From an uncultured delta proteobacterium (GTDB taxonomy: Bacteria; Myxococcota; Myxococcia; Myxococcales; Myxococcaceae): 64,000 bases of DNA. This document shows positions 36,758-48,500 of the stretch, in pieces. The DNA lies in NCBI GenBank assembly GCA_963771175.1, contig CAVYSY010000001.1, positions 217,562-281,561 of the forward strand, in the 5' to 3' direction. The notes beneath the pieces were generated by a model that worked only from the letters and a program-made list of their open reading frames with translations, did no database searches and was not told the origin of the DNA. The position numbers and the translations under genes were made by a program. Positions within the stretch are counted from its first letter, which is position 1, and every line of letters begins with the position of its first letter.

Positions 36758-39700
36758 GTGACCGAACTTCCTCAGAGATCTGAAGCGTCATCTGGCCGAG
36801 TCCAAGCACCCGCTTGGGGTGAAAGAGCTTCTCAAGCTCACCGGCCTGCACCCTGGGCAGCAGACCCAGATCAAGCGCGTTCTCCGGGACATGGTCCGCC
36901 GGGGCGAGTTGCTCAAGGAGGGCAAGCGCTTCTTCCTGCGGAGCGAGCGGCCATCCCCGAACCGGGGCGAGGGTGATGGGCGGGGGCCTCCTCCCCACGT
37001 CCGGCGCCGGCCCGGACCCGAGGAAGCGGCTCCCGGGAGCTCGCCGGGGCCCGAGCGCGAGGAGCGCCGGTTCGGTGGCCCGAGCGAGGGCACCCGCGAG
37101 GAATCCCGTCCCGCGCCGGACGCGCGCTTCGCACCGCGGGGCCGTTTCGCGCGGGAGGAGCGTCCCGAGCCTCGGGGTCGCTTCGTGCGCGAGGGACGCG
37201 TGGAGACCGGTGGCCGTGCCCAGGGACCTGGTGCCGAGCCTCGTGGCCCCGAGCCTCGTGGCCCCGAGCCTCGTGGCCCCGAGCCTCGTGGCCCTGGTGC
37301 CGAGCAGCCCCGGGGGCGTTTCGCCCGGCAGGTGAGGCCCGGTGGAGAGCGCTTCGAGTCGCGAGGCCCCCAGCAGCCGGGTGGGCGTCCTGGCCAGCAG
37401 CAGCGGCCCGGTGGCGGTCGCGTCGAGGTGCGCGGCCCCGAGCCCCGAGGTCGCTTCGCCCGGGACGAGCGCCGGCCCGGTGGCGGTCGCGTCGAGCAGG
37501 ATCGTCGCTCCGGACGCGGGGGACGTTTCGCGCGGGAGGAGCGCTTCGAGCCGCGCGGCCGTGGAGGCCGGCGCGGGGCGGAGCAGGGGCAGGAGACCCT
37601 CACCGTCGAGGGCATCCTCCACGTCCACCGCGACGGCTACGGCTTCGTCCACCCCAGCTCCGGCGAGGGGGACAACATCTTCCTGCCGCCCCAAGAGGCC
37701 GCGCGGGCGCTCGACAATGACCGCGTCGTCGTGGAGGCCTGGGGTCGTCCCGGCCGCATGGAAGGGCGTCTGCTCAGCGTGCGCGATCGCGTGCGGCAGC
37801 TCGCCGTGGGCACCTACATGGAGCGCGGCCGGCGCGAGGCCCTGGTCGTTCCCCACGACAAGAACCTCCAGACGCAGGGCCCCATCCGCGTCCCGCCCTC
37901 TCAGATGGCTCGTGACGGGGACGTGGTGAAGGTGCGACTGGGCATTGGCGCGGAGCTGCTGGAGCCCGGCGAGGGCCTCTACGGCGAGGTCGCCGGCTCC
38001 ATTGGCAAGCCCGGAGACCCGAGCACCGAGGTGCTCTCCATCGCCTACTCGCAGGGCTTCTCCGACGAGTTCCCGCCCGAGGTCATGGACGAGGCGGATC
38101 GCATCCGCACGGTGGTGAGCGAGGAGGAGGCCCGCGCCGAGGGCCGCCGCGACTTGCGGGAGATGGCGCTCGTCACCATCGACGGCGAGGACGCCCGCGA
38201 CTTCGACGACGCCGTCTACGCGGAGCGGCACCCGCGGGGCTGGCGGCTGGTGGTGGCCATCGCCGACGTGACGCACTACGTCCGCGAGCACACGCCGCTC
38301 AACGCCGAGGCCCTGCGCCGCGCCACCTCCGTCTACCTGCCGGACCGGGTGCTGCCCATGCTCCCCGAGCGGCTCAGCAACGGCATCTGCTCGCTGCGTC
38401 CCGACGAGGACCGGCTGTGCATGGTGGCCGACATGGTGCTCGACCCGCACGGGCGGCTCCTCTCCAGCGAGCTGTACCCGGGCGTCATGCGCAGCCAGGC
38501 CCGCTGCACCTACAACGAGGTGCAGGACGTCCTCGATGGCAAGGACGTCCCCCACCGCAACGCCTTCAAGCTCCACTTCGAGCGGCTCTGGAGCTGGCCC
38601 GCGCGCTGACGCAGATGCGCAAGGAGCGCGGCGCCATCGACTTCAACCTGCCCGAGCACAAGGTGATGATGGGCGAGGACGGTCTGCCCGCCCGCATGGA
38701 GCGCCGCGAGCGCAAGGACAGCCACCGGCTCATCGAGGAGTGCATGCTCGCCGCCAACGAGGCGGTGGCGAAGTTCTTCGCCGACGAGGGCCTGCCCAGC
38801 GTCTACCGCTACCACGGTGAGCCCGACGAGGAGAAGCTGGCCGTCTTCGCCCAGCTCGCGCAGGCCTACGGCTTCCGCCTGCTGCCCGCGGAGCATCTCC
38901 TCGAAGGATCTCAACGCCTTCATGGCCCAGCTCCAGGGCCACCCCGAGGAGCGCGCCCTCAACCAGCTCCTGCTGCGCTCGATGATGCAGGCCGTCTACA
39001 CGGCCTCGGACATCGGCCACTACGGCCTGGCCGCCGAGTACTACCTCCACTTCACCTCGCCCATCCGCCGCTACCCGGACCTGCTCGTCCACCGGCTCCT
39101 CAAGGCCCACTGGGCTCGCAGCGGGCAGCAGCGCTCCCCCGCGCAGCTCGAGCGCGAGGAGCAGATGCTGGAGGAGATGGCCGCCCAGAGCTCCGAGCGC
39201 GAGCGCGCCGCCATGCAGGCCGAGCGCGAGGTCGTCTCCTTCTACGCCGCCCTGATGATGAAGGACCGGCTCGGCGAGGAGTTCGCCGCCACCGTCACCG
39301 GCCTCGTCGAGTTCGGCTTCTTCGTCGAGCTCGATGAGGTCCACGTCGAGGGGCTCGTCCGCGCCGACTCGCTCGGTTTCGGTACGCGCTTCGACAAGGC
39401 CCTGCACTCCTTCACGCTGCCGGGTGGCTTCCGCGTCCGCGTCGGGCAGAAGGCCCGGGTGCGGCTCGTCAACGTGAACCTGGCCCTGCGGCGGATCGAG
39501 TTCGATGCCCTCGAGGTTGGGGGCAAGACGATTGGGGCCCTGCGGGAAGTCGATCGGGTGGAGCAGAAGGCCCAGAAGCACCAGCTCCGCGAGGATCGGA
39601 AGCAGGCCATGCGTGCCGCGCGTGAGCGGGAGCGCGAGGAGCGCTGGGGCCCGCGTGCTGCTGGGGCCGAGCTCTCGATGGCCGAGGCCGAGGCGCTGCG

Positions 39701-40262
39701 GACGCGGGTCGCCGAGGAGGCAGCTCCGGCCGCGCAGGGAGGGGTCGAGGAAGTGGCTCCTGCCGCCGTGGAGCGGATGCCCGAGGTTCCCGCGGAGGTG
39801 GAGCGGGCCGCCGAGGAGGTGCCGGCCGTGGCCGATCGCATCCGCGCCCTCGCCGCCCGTGGCGAGCGGACAGAGGTCGAGGAGGCCCAGCCGGTTCGGG
39901 CCGTTGCTCCCACGCGGCGCCGGAAGGTCGCCGCCGCGGCCGAGGAGAAGCCGGCGCGTGCGAAGCGGGCCGCTGGGGCTCGGAAGGCTGCTCCGGCGAA
40001 GAAGGCTCCGGCTCGCAAGGCCGCCGCGAAGAAGCAGGCCGTGGCGGGTGGGGCGAAGAAGAAGGCCCCGGCTCGCAAGGCCGTGACGAAGGCCGCCGCG
40101 AAGAAGACGACGCGGGCCGCCGCCAAGAAGGCTCCCGCCGCGAAGAAGACGACGCGGGCCGCCGCCAAGAAGGCTCCCGCCAAGGCTCGCTCCGCGGGTG
40201 GAGCCAAGGCGAAGGCCGGCGCGAAGAAGACCGCTTCCTCTCGCAAGGGGAAGAAGCGGTAG
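36758..40262 (+). CDS. rnr: Ribonuclease R with RG/PRG-rich insertion and H1-like C-terminal tail (indels near 36775, 38590, 38885)
   Basis: HRDGYGF, TIDGEDARDFDDA, SVYLPDRVLPMLPE, IEECMLAAN, HFTSPIRRYPD, S1 domain. Confidence 0.93.
37236..37294 (+). repeat. Intragenic tandem repeat, 4 x 15 bp (EPRGP)
   Basis: GAGCCTCGTGGCCCC x4. Confidence 0.95.
40095..40178 (+). repeat. Intragenic tandem repeat, 2 x 42 bp (AAKKTTRAAAKKAP)
   Basis: Exact duplication in the RNase R tail. Confidence 0.9.
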
Positions 40263-40310
40263 GGCAGGGGTCCTCGGGCTGGCCCGTTCACGGGCTCGAC
40301 CCGGGGACCC

Positions 40311-41903
40311 TCAGTCGAGGCGGAACTCTCCCTGGATGAAGGGCATGTCCGCCGTCATCCCGTGCTCGCGGCAGTATGCGATGAGCTTTCGCGACTCGAC
40401 GAGCTGCGGCGAGGTCTCCGTGTAGCCGAGCACCATCACGTGGCTCAGCCAGGGCTCGCGGCCCATGGCGTAGACGTAGACCTGCTTGGGGTTGAGCCTG
40501 TTGACGATCTCGATGGCGCGCTCGCTGTTCGAGCCATTGAGCCGCCGCGACTGATCCGCCTTCCTCGGCAGCGGCGTCGTCAACAGCGGCCCGTACATCC
40601 AGCTCAGCGGGGCGCCCTCACTCTCCATTCCGATGAAGAGCACGTCGATCTCACCCACCATCCTCCGGACATGGTCGTAGAGGCGGGGCTCGATCGCATT
40701 GGAGTCGGCCGCCATGAGCAGCGACCTGCCCCCCAGCTGGACCAGGTGGGCGATCTTCGCGCGGATGTTCAGGTCCCCGTGCTCGCCCAGGAAGGGCAGG
40801 CCGGTCAGCGAGCCCCCGGGGATGTCCAGGGTCTCCATCTCGTCGATCTCCACCACGTTGCGGAAGCCCGTGTGGCGCAGCAGCAGTTTGAGCGAGGGAT
40901 CCGCCAGCGCCCCACCGTTGCTCCGGGGAACGACGATCGTTCCGATGCGCTTGCGGAGCTGCAGCAGCGTCTCCAGCATCAGGTGATCGGCGTGGCCGTG
41001 CGTGATGAGGACGTAGTCCAGCTTCTCCGGCAGGTCCGCGATGGTGAAGCGCGGCAGATCCGCGGCGTACTCGTAGCTGAGGACGGGGTCCGTCAGGATG
41101 CTGACGTCACGCGTCTCCAGCAGCACGCACGCATGGCCGAAGTAGCGCACCCGCACGCCCTCGCCGTCGTACTTCGAGCGCGGGCGCGGCGGCTCCTCGG
41201 TGAAGAAGGTCGAGAACACCTCGGCGTCCGCTCCCCGGATGCCCAGGGCCTCCAGGATGGGCTCCACCGGGCCGGGGGTGTCCCTCATGGCGAAGAGCGC
41301 GTCCAGCGCCTCGTGACGGAAGGGGACGTGGACGTGGACGGTGCCATCTCCCCCGAGTCGCGGCGTGCTGAAGACGTAGGGCCGGGCGTCCCCCGAGAGC
41401 TGCCGGAACGCGAGGCTCTGCGAGGACTCCCGGTAGTGGGGGCCGTTGTAGAGCAGGGCCTCGATGAAGCGGACCGATGGCCGGTTGTTCAGGTCGTACG
41501 TCAGCTCCACATAGCCGCGGAGGATGTCCGGGACCTGCTTGTACAGCGACTCCAGCGACATGCCCGCCGGGGCATTGGCCAACAGCCGCTCGAGCTCTCC
41601 CAGGGCCTGCGCGAGCTGGAGCGTGGCCGCCTGCTCCTTCTGGGTCCGCTCCAGGAGGAGCTTCACCTCGGGGGCCTTGTCGGCGCCGGCGTTGATGTAC
41701 GGGCCGCCTCGCAGCGCCGGATCCTTCAGGGCGGCGACGTGCAGGTCCGGCGCCGTCACGAAGGACTGCATGAGCTTCAGGTGCAGGTTCGTGACGAACA
41801 GGGGCGCGGTTGTCGGCGGTACCAGGTACCACCACGCGTACCACTGGTTGTAGAGCGGCTCGACGGCGACGTTGGGCTTCAGGTACCGGGCAGGTGCGGT
41901 CAT
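40311..41903 (-). CDS. CmlA-type non-heme diiron beta-hydroxylase (MBL fold)
   Basis: 530 aa; N-terminal YLKPNVAVEPLYNQWYAW; YFGHAC; THGHADH; FLGEHGDL; AADS; VYAMGREPW. Confidence 0.85.
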   Translation of the reverse strand: MTAPARYLKPNVAVEPLYNQWYAWWYLVPPTTAPLFVTNLHLKLMQSFVTAPDLHVAALKDPALRGGPYINAGADKAPEVKLLLERTQKEQAATLQLAQALGELERLLANAPAGMSLESLYKQVPDILRGYVELTYDLNNRPSVRFIEALLYNGPHYRESSQSLAFRQLSGDARPYVFSTPRLGGDGTVHVHVPFRHEALDALFAMRDTPGPVEPILEALGIRGADAEVFSTFFTEEPPRPRSKYDGEGVRVRYFGHACVLLETRDVSILTDPVLSYEYAADLPRFTIADLPEKLDYVLITHGHADHLMLETLLQLRKRIGTIVVPRSNGGALADPSLKLLLRHTGFRNVVEIDEMETLDIPGGSLTGLPFLGEHGDLNIRAKIAHLVQLGGRSLLMAADSNAIEPRLYDHVRRMVGEIDVLFIGMESEGAPLSWMYGPLLTTPLPRKADQSRRLNGSNSERAIEIVNRLNPKQVYVYAMGREPWLSHVMVLGYTETSPQLVESRKLIAYCREHGMTADMPFIQGEFRLD

Positions 41904-42067
41904 CGGAGTGTTCGCGGCCGAGGGGACGAGCGAGAGCCTATGTCATGCGCTGGGACGAGGGGAACCCGCCCTGGCTCGTGACTCGTGCTCGCTCGGGCCC
42001 TGGGATTCCTTGTGACCGCTGGGGGCTCGTGAAACCATCCGGCGCGAGCGAAAAAAGGAGCCGGAGC

Positions 42068-42544
42068 ATGAGGACTGTTTCCCTGCGACCGATGTCGGAC
42101 GAGGTCTACGCGGCGTACATGGAGAGCCACATCCATGAGTACGCCGGGGACCGGATGCGCACGGACTTCGAGACCCGAGAGGAGGCCGAGCAGGTCACCC
42201 GCAAGCAGATCTCCAGCACCCTCCCCGACGGCCCGCACACGAAGAACCACTACTTCTACGTCGTCACCGACGAGCAGTCGGGCGAGAGCGTCGGCCACGT
42301 GTGGCTCAACGTCCAGCCCGACACGCGACTCGCGTTCCTGTTCCACATCATCATCCACCCCGAGAAACGTCGCTCCGGCTACGGGCGCCAGACGATGCAG
42401 CTCATCCTCCAGCGGGCGCGCGAGCTGGGCGGTCGCGTGTTCTGGCTCAACGTCATGGGCCACAACCACGAGGCGATTGCCTTCTACAAGGCCATCGGCT
42501 TCAACACGGCCGCCATGCACATGAACATGCTGCTGGAGGGCTGA
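42068..42544 (+). CDS. GNAT N-acetyltransferase
   Basis: IHPEKRRSGYGR acetyl-CoA motif; LNVMGHN..AIAFYKAIGF. Confidence 0.9.
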   Translation: MRTVSLRPMSDEVYAAYMESHIHEYAGDRMRTDFETREEAEQVTRKQISSTLPDGPHTKNHYFYVVTDEQSGESVGHVWLNVQPDTRLAFLFHIIIHPEKRRSGYGRQTMQLILQRARELGGRVFWLNVMGHNHEAIAFYKAIGFNTAAMHMNMLLEG

Positions 42545-42578
42545 CCCCGCCCGAGGGAGGCGGGGCCGCGCTCCTCCC

Positions 42579-45500
42579 TCAACCCGCGAGCAGCTCCCTC
42601 AGCCCGCTCAGGTGGGCCTTGGCCAGTCCCTCCACCGTGGCCCGCTCGTGCAGGTTCTCGCTGTAGCGCCACTCGAGCTGCAACCGGCCCTCCACCACGC
42701 TCGCGAGGATCTGGAGCACGTGGCTCCTTCGCGCGGAGGGATCCCGATCCGCCCCGGCGAGCTCCTTCGCCAGCCGGAAGCTCGTGGTCTCCGTCATGAG
42801 GCGCTGGCTCAGGTAGTCGAAGCTGATCTCCGCGGCGGGCAGTGCCTGGAGCCTCCGCGCTTGCTCCCCCTCGCCGAGGAAGCGCAGCAGTCCATAGCCC
42901 AGGCCCCGCCCCGGAATCCGCGCCAGCGTCGCGTCCACCTCGCCGAGCAGTTCCCGCGTGTCCCGGGCCCGCTGCACGTCCAGGCGCACCGGGCAGTCCG
43001 TCGTCATGCAGCCCAGCGTCCGGGAGAGATCCACTGACTCGTCTCTCGCTTCGCGACCATGTCGGCCGAGGTCCAGCAGCACCGGAGCCCCATCCATCCA
43101 GCGGGAGATGACTCTGGCCAGCGGCGCGAGCAGCACGGTCTCCAGCCCTCGGCCCAGCACCGCCGGCGTGTCCCGGAGCAGGTGCTGCGTCTCGGCCCCG
43201 GTCAGCTCCACCCGGACGGAGCGCATCGAGCCCTCCGTGTTGGTGCCACCCGGACGCTCCACGGGCACTCGACCCGACGTGCCGCCGAGCTCCGTCAGCC
43301 AGTGCTCCGCCTCCCGCTGCGTCTCCTCCGAGCGGGCCAGGTTCGCCAGGCTCTCGGCCCAGGTCCGGAACGAGCTGGTGCGCGGTGGGAGCTGGACCGC
43401 CTCGCCCCGCAGGAGCTGCGCGTAGGCGGCCTGCAGCTCGTCGACGAAGAGCCCCCATGAGAGCCCGTCCGCCACGAGGAAGTGGAGGACGATGAACAGG
43501 CGGCTCGGCCTCCCGGAGCCGAGGTCCAGGTGGGCCACACGCACCAGCGGGCCCCGCGACAGCTCCAGCTGCTGCAGGGCCTCCGTGGTCGTGCGCAGGG
43601 TCGCCGCGAGCTCCGCGTCCGGTACGCCGGAGAGATCGATCCGCGTGTAGGGCACCTCGTCACCCGGGTCGCCCGCGTCGAGCTGCCGCCAGCCCTTCTC
43701 GTCTCGGAGGAACCGGAGGCGGAGCGCGTCATGACGAAGGAGCAGCAGGCGCAGCGCCTCGCGGAGCTGGGCGTCCTGGACGGGCTCGTGGACCTCCAGC
43801 AGCAGCGAGCGGTTCCAATGGTGCGGCGCGGGCAGCTCCTGCTCCAGGAAGCGCCGCTGCGCCGGAGTGAGCGGCACCGGGCCTCCGGTGGGTGCGACCT
43901 CGGGCTCCTGGGCGCGGGTCCCCACCACCGTCGCGAGCTGGGCGATGGTCTGGTTCTGGAAGAGCTGCCGCGCCGTGAGCGACAGGCCGGCCTGGTTCGC
44001 CCGGGCGATCAGCCGGATGGCCATGAGCGAGTCGCCGCCCCGATCGAAGAAGCCGTCGTGGATGCCCACTCGCTCCAGCTTCAGGACCTCCGCCCAGAGC
44101 CGCGCCAGCGTCTCCTCGATGGCGTTGCGGGGCGCCACGAAGTCCCGCTCCGCGTCCTCGGCGTCGGGGGGTGGTGCGGAGAGCGCCAGGGCCTTGCGAT
44201 CCACCTTGTCGCTGGCCAGCCGGGGCAGGGACTCGTGGAACACGACGCGGGCCGGTACGAGGTAGTGCGGGAGCCGGGTGCCGAGCCGCGAGCGCAGCTC
44301 CGCCTCCGACAGCGCCTGCCCGGCCGTCACCACGTGCGCCTCCAGCCTGCCCTCTCCCGAGGCATTCTGTCGGTGCAGCACCACCGCCTCCCGCACCTCC
44401 GGGAGTTGCTCGAGCATGGATTCGATCTCTCCCAGCTCGATGCGGAAGCCCCGGATCTTCACCTGGTGATCGCGACGGCCGAGGAACTCGAGGTGGCCGT
44501 CCGGCAGCAGTCGCGCCAGATCTCCGGTCCGATACATCCGCGCGCCCGCCTCGCCACTGAACGGATCCGGCACGAAGGCGGCCGCCGTGAGGGCCGGCTG
44601 GTCCAGGTAGCCCCGTGCCACCCCGAGGCCGCCCAGGTACAGCTCACCCGGAGCACCCGCGGGCACCAGTCTCAGGTGCGCGTCGAGCACGTAGGCTCGG
44701 ACCCCCGGCAGTGGCCTGCCGACGGGCACGCGTGGGCGCTCGAAGGCGAGGCCCTGGGGTGGCTCATAGACAGTCGCGGTGATGGTCGCCTCGGTGGGGC
44801 CGTAGGCGTTCAGCCAGCGCACGCCGTCGCCCACCCGCTCGCGCCAGCGCGCCAGTCGCTCGGGGGAGGGCGCCTGGCTGCCGGTGACCACCAGCCGCAC
44901 CGAGCGCGGCACTGGTGAGGAGAGCCGCGGCAGCTCGTCCACCCACTCGTGCCAGTAGGGCGCTGGCAGGTTCACCACCGTCACGCCGTTGCGGTCGATG
45001 AAGTCCCGCAGCTCGGCCACGGAGTCGACGGTGCCCGTGCGCCGCGGCACCACCGTCGCGCCGCTCGCCAGCGTGGGGAACAGCTCCTCGGCGGCCACGT
45101 CGAAGCTGAGTGCCGAGAACTGCAGGACGCGATCCTCCGGCGTCAGCCCGTAGCGGGCCACCACCGCGCGCAGGTGGTTCGCCAGGGCCCGATGGGGCAC
45201 CACCACGCCCTTGGGTCGACCCGTCGAGCCCGAGGTGTGGAGGACATAGGCCGCGCCCTCGGGGGATACCGTCACACCCGTCGGGCCGTCCTCCTCTCGC
45301 GCCAGTGCCTCGCCCAGCGCGCCGAGGCACAGCACTCGCGCCCGGCCGCCGGAGACCCGGGCCTCGAGGGACTCCTGCGTCAGCACCACCGGCGCCGCCA
45401 CGTCCTCCAGCAGCGAGGCCAACCGCTCGCGGGGCGCGGAGGGATCCAACGGCACGTAGGCCGCACCCGCCTTGAGGATGCCCAGCATCGCCACCACCGC

Positions 45501-48500
45501 CTCCGCCGAGCGCTCCATGCACAGGCCAATCCGGATCTCCGGACCCGCGCCCATCCGGCGCAGGAGGTGCGCGAGCCGGTTCGCCTTGCGATCCAGCTCG
45601 CCATAGGTGAGCACGCCACCATCCCAGACGAGCGCCGGACGCTCCGGGGCTCGCGCGGCCTGTTGCTCGAACGCCTCGTGCACGGTGAGCACCGGCGGCA
45701 CCAGCGTTCCCTCGCCCCAGGTCTCGCGCAGCTCCAGGGGTGATGGAAGCGCCAGCTCCGACAGCCTCCGCTCCGGCTGCTCCGCCAGGGCTTCCAGCGT
45801 CCGCTCCACCTCCCGCGCGAGTCGCGCCACGGTGGCCTCGTCGAACAGCTCGGCGCTGTACTCGAAGGCCCCGGCGTAGCCCTGGGGCGTGGGTCGCAGC
45901 CACAGCGTCAGATCGAACTGGGTGCTCCCGGTCTCGAGCTCCAGGGGCTGGATGGACAGGCCCTCCAGCGAGGCGGGCATGCTCGACTCCTCCTGGAGCG
46001 AGAGCATCACCTGGAAGAGGGGCGAGCGGCTCGGATCCCTCTCCGGGTGCAGCTCCTCCACCAGCTTCTCGAAGGGGAGATCCTGGTGCGCGTAGGCGCC
46101 CAGCGTCGCCTCCTTCACCCGCTCCAGCAGGGCTCGCCCGCTGGGGTTCCCGGAGAGATCGGTGCGCAACACGAGCGTGTTGACGAACATGCCGATCATC
46201 CCCTCCAGCTCCGTGCGTCCACGCCCCGCGATGGGCGAGCCCACCGCGATGTCGCTCTGCCCGCTGAAGCGACCGAGCGCCGCACTGAACGCGGCCAGGA
46301 GCACCATGAAGGGCGTCACGCTCTCGCGCCGGCCGAGCGCCTCCAGGGCGTCGCTCTGGCTCCGGGTGAGGGTGAAGGGACTCCGGGCCGCGCGGAAGGA
46401 GGGCGTGGGCGGCCGGGGCCGATCCGTTGGCAGCTCCAGGGGCTGGAGTCCCGCGAGGCGCTCCTTCCAGTACCCGAGTTGTGCGTCCAGCGCTGGGCCC
46501 TGCAACCACCGTCGCTGCCAGAGCGCGTAGTCGACGTACTGGAGGGAGGGCTCCGGAAGAGCAGGGGCCTCGCCACGCCTCGACGCCAGATAGAGAGCCA
46601 CCATCTCCCGGGTGAGCACGCGCAGGGACCAGCCATCCGCGATGAGATGGTGCAGCGTCACCACCAGCAGGTGGTCCTCCGGCGCGAGCCGGATGAGGGT
46701 GGCGCGGATCAGCGGCCCACGAATCAGCTCGAAGGGCTGGTCCACTTCCTCCGCCGCCAGGCGCAGTGCCGCCGCCTCGCGCTCTGCCTCTGGGATCGCG
46801 TCGAGCTCCACCCGCCTCAGCGCCAGCGAGGCCTGGGGGGCGATCTCCTGGACCGGCTGCCCATCGGTGGACGGGAAGGACGTGCGGAGGGACTCGTGCC
46901 GTCGTACCAGCCCGGTGAAGCTGGCCTCCAGGGCCGCCGCGTCCAGGGAGCCACGGAGCCGGAGCGCCTGCGGCAGATGGTAGGCACTCCCGCCCGGGGT
47001 GATCTGCTCCAGCATCCACAGCCGCTGCTGGGCGAACGAGAGCGGCAGCGGACCGTCGCGGAGGGCTCGCTCCAACCGGGGGGCGCCGTCCTCCTTCTTG
47101 GGGCTCGGCGTCCCGAGTCGCGCGGCGAGGCCGGCCACGGTGGGGTCCTCGAACAGCTCCTTCACCGTCAGCACCACGCCGAACTCATCATGCAGCCGCG
47201 AGACGATCTGCGTAGCGAGCAGCGAGTGGCCGCCCAGGTCGAAGAAGCCGTCGCGCGTGCCGATGGGCGAGAAGCCCAGGCACTCCTCCCAGATGGCCAC
47301 GAGCCGACGCTCCACGTCCGTGGTCGGCGCGACATAGGGCGTCTGGAGCGAGGAGGGGCGCTCGTGCTTGACGGAGGGCGTGCTCGCGGGCGTGGTGGAG
47401 GAGGCGCGCGTGGGCGCGGGCTGCAGCGGGAGCGCCCGCGAGCCAGTAATGCTGGCGCTCGAAGGGGTAGGTGGGCAGCGACACGCGCCGACGGCGGTGG
47501 CCCTTGTGGAAGCCCTTCCAATCCACCGGGACTCCGGAGAGCCACAGCGCTCCGAGTGTCCGCAGGGCGAAGGCCATGTCGGAGGCATCGCGATCCTGCG
47601 GGTGCCGCAGCGACGACAGCACCGCGCGCCCGGCCGGCCGCTCCGGGTGCCGCAGCGCCAGCGTGGCCAGCGTGCGTCCCGGCCCCACCTCCAGCAGCAC
47701 GGTGTCCTGCGCCTGGAGCAGTCGCTTCACGCCGTCCGAGAAGCGCACCTCGTGCCGCAGGTGGCGGACCCAGTAGTCGGGGATCGTCGCCTCGGCGGGG
47801 GTGATCCAGTCGCCCGTCACGTTGGAGACGAACGGAATCTTCGGTGGCCGCAGCGTCACCTTCGCCAACCGCGCGGCGAACGGAGCCAGGGCGGGCTCCA
47901 TCATGGCCGAGTGGAACGCGTGCGACGTGTGCAGCCGCGTGCTGGACACGCCCCGCTCGGCGAGCAGCCGCTCCAGGTGCTGGATGTCCTCCGCCGGACC
48001 GGCGACCACGCTCAGCGCGGGACCATTGACGGCGGCCAGGGAGAGCCGCTCGCCGAGCAGTCCTCGCAGCTCCGCCTCGGGCAGCGGGACGCGAGCATGG
48101 CGCCGGGGGGCAGCCGCTGCATGAGCCGGCCCCGGGCGGCGACCACCGCCAGCGCGTCCTCCAGCGAGAAGACACCCGCGAGGCACGCGGCCACGTACTC
48201 GCCGACGCTGTGGCCGAGCATCGCGCGCGGGCGCACGCCCCACGCCTCCCACTGCTGCGCCAGCGCGTACTCGACGGCGAAGAGCGCGGGCTGGGTGAGC
48301 CCCGTCTGCGCGAGCCTCGCCTCCGCCTGCTCCCGCTGCGCCTCGGGCGGGTAGAGGACCTGGCGGAGGTCCACGCCCAGGTGCGGCTTCAGCAGCCGGG
48401 CGCAGTGCGTCGAGCTGCTCGCGGAACACCGGCTCGCTCGCGTACAGCTCGCGGCCCATGTCCACGTACTGCGCGCCCTGGCCGGGGAACATGAAGGCCA

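Noticed and set aside
37236..37294. Regular repeats as a possible CRISPR array
   Set aside because: Spacerless in-frame 15-bp coding repeats; no cas genes or repeat-spacer structure seen in the window.
40311..41903. MBL-fold genes (also 17425 and 32153) as beta-lactam resistance genes
   Set aside because: Motifs and lengths fit the CmlA-type hydroxylase and general metallohydrolase subfamilies, not class B beta-lactamases.
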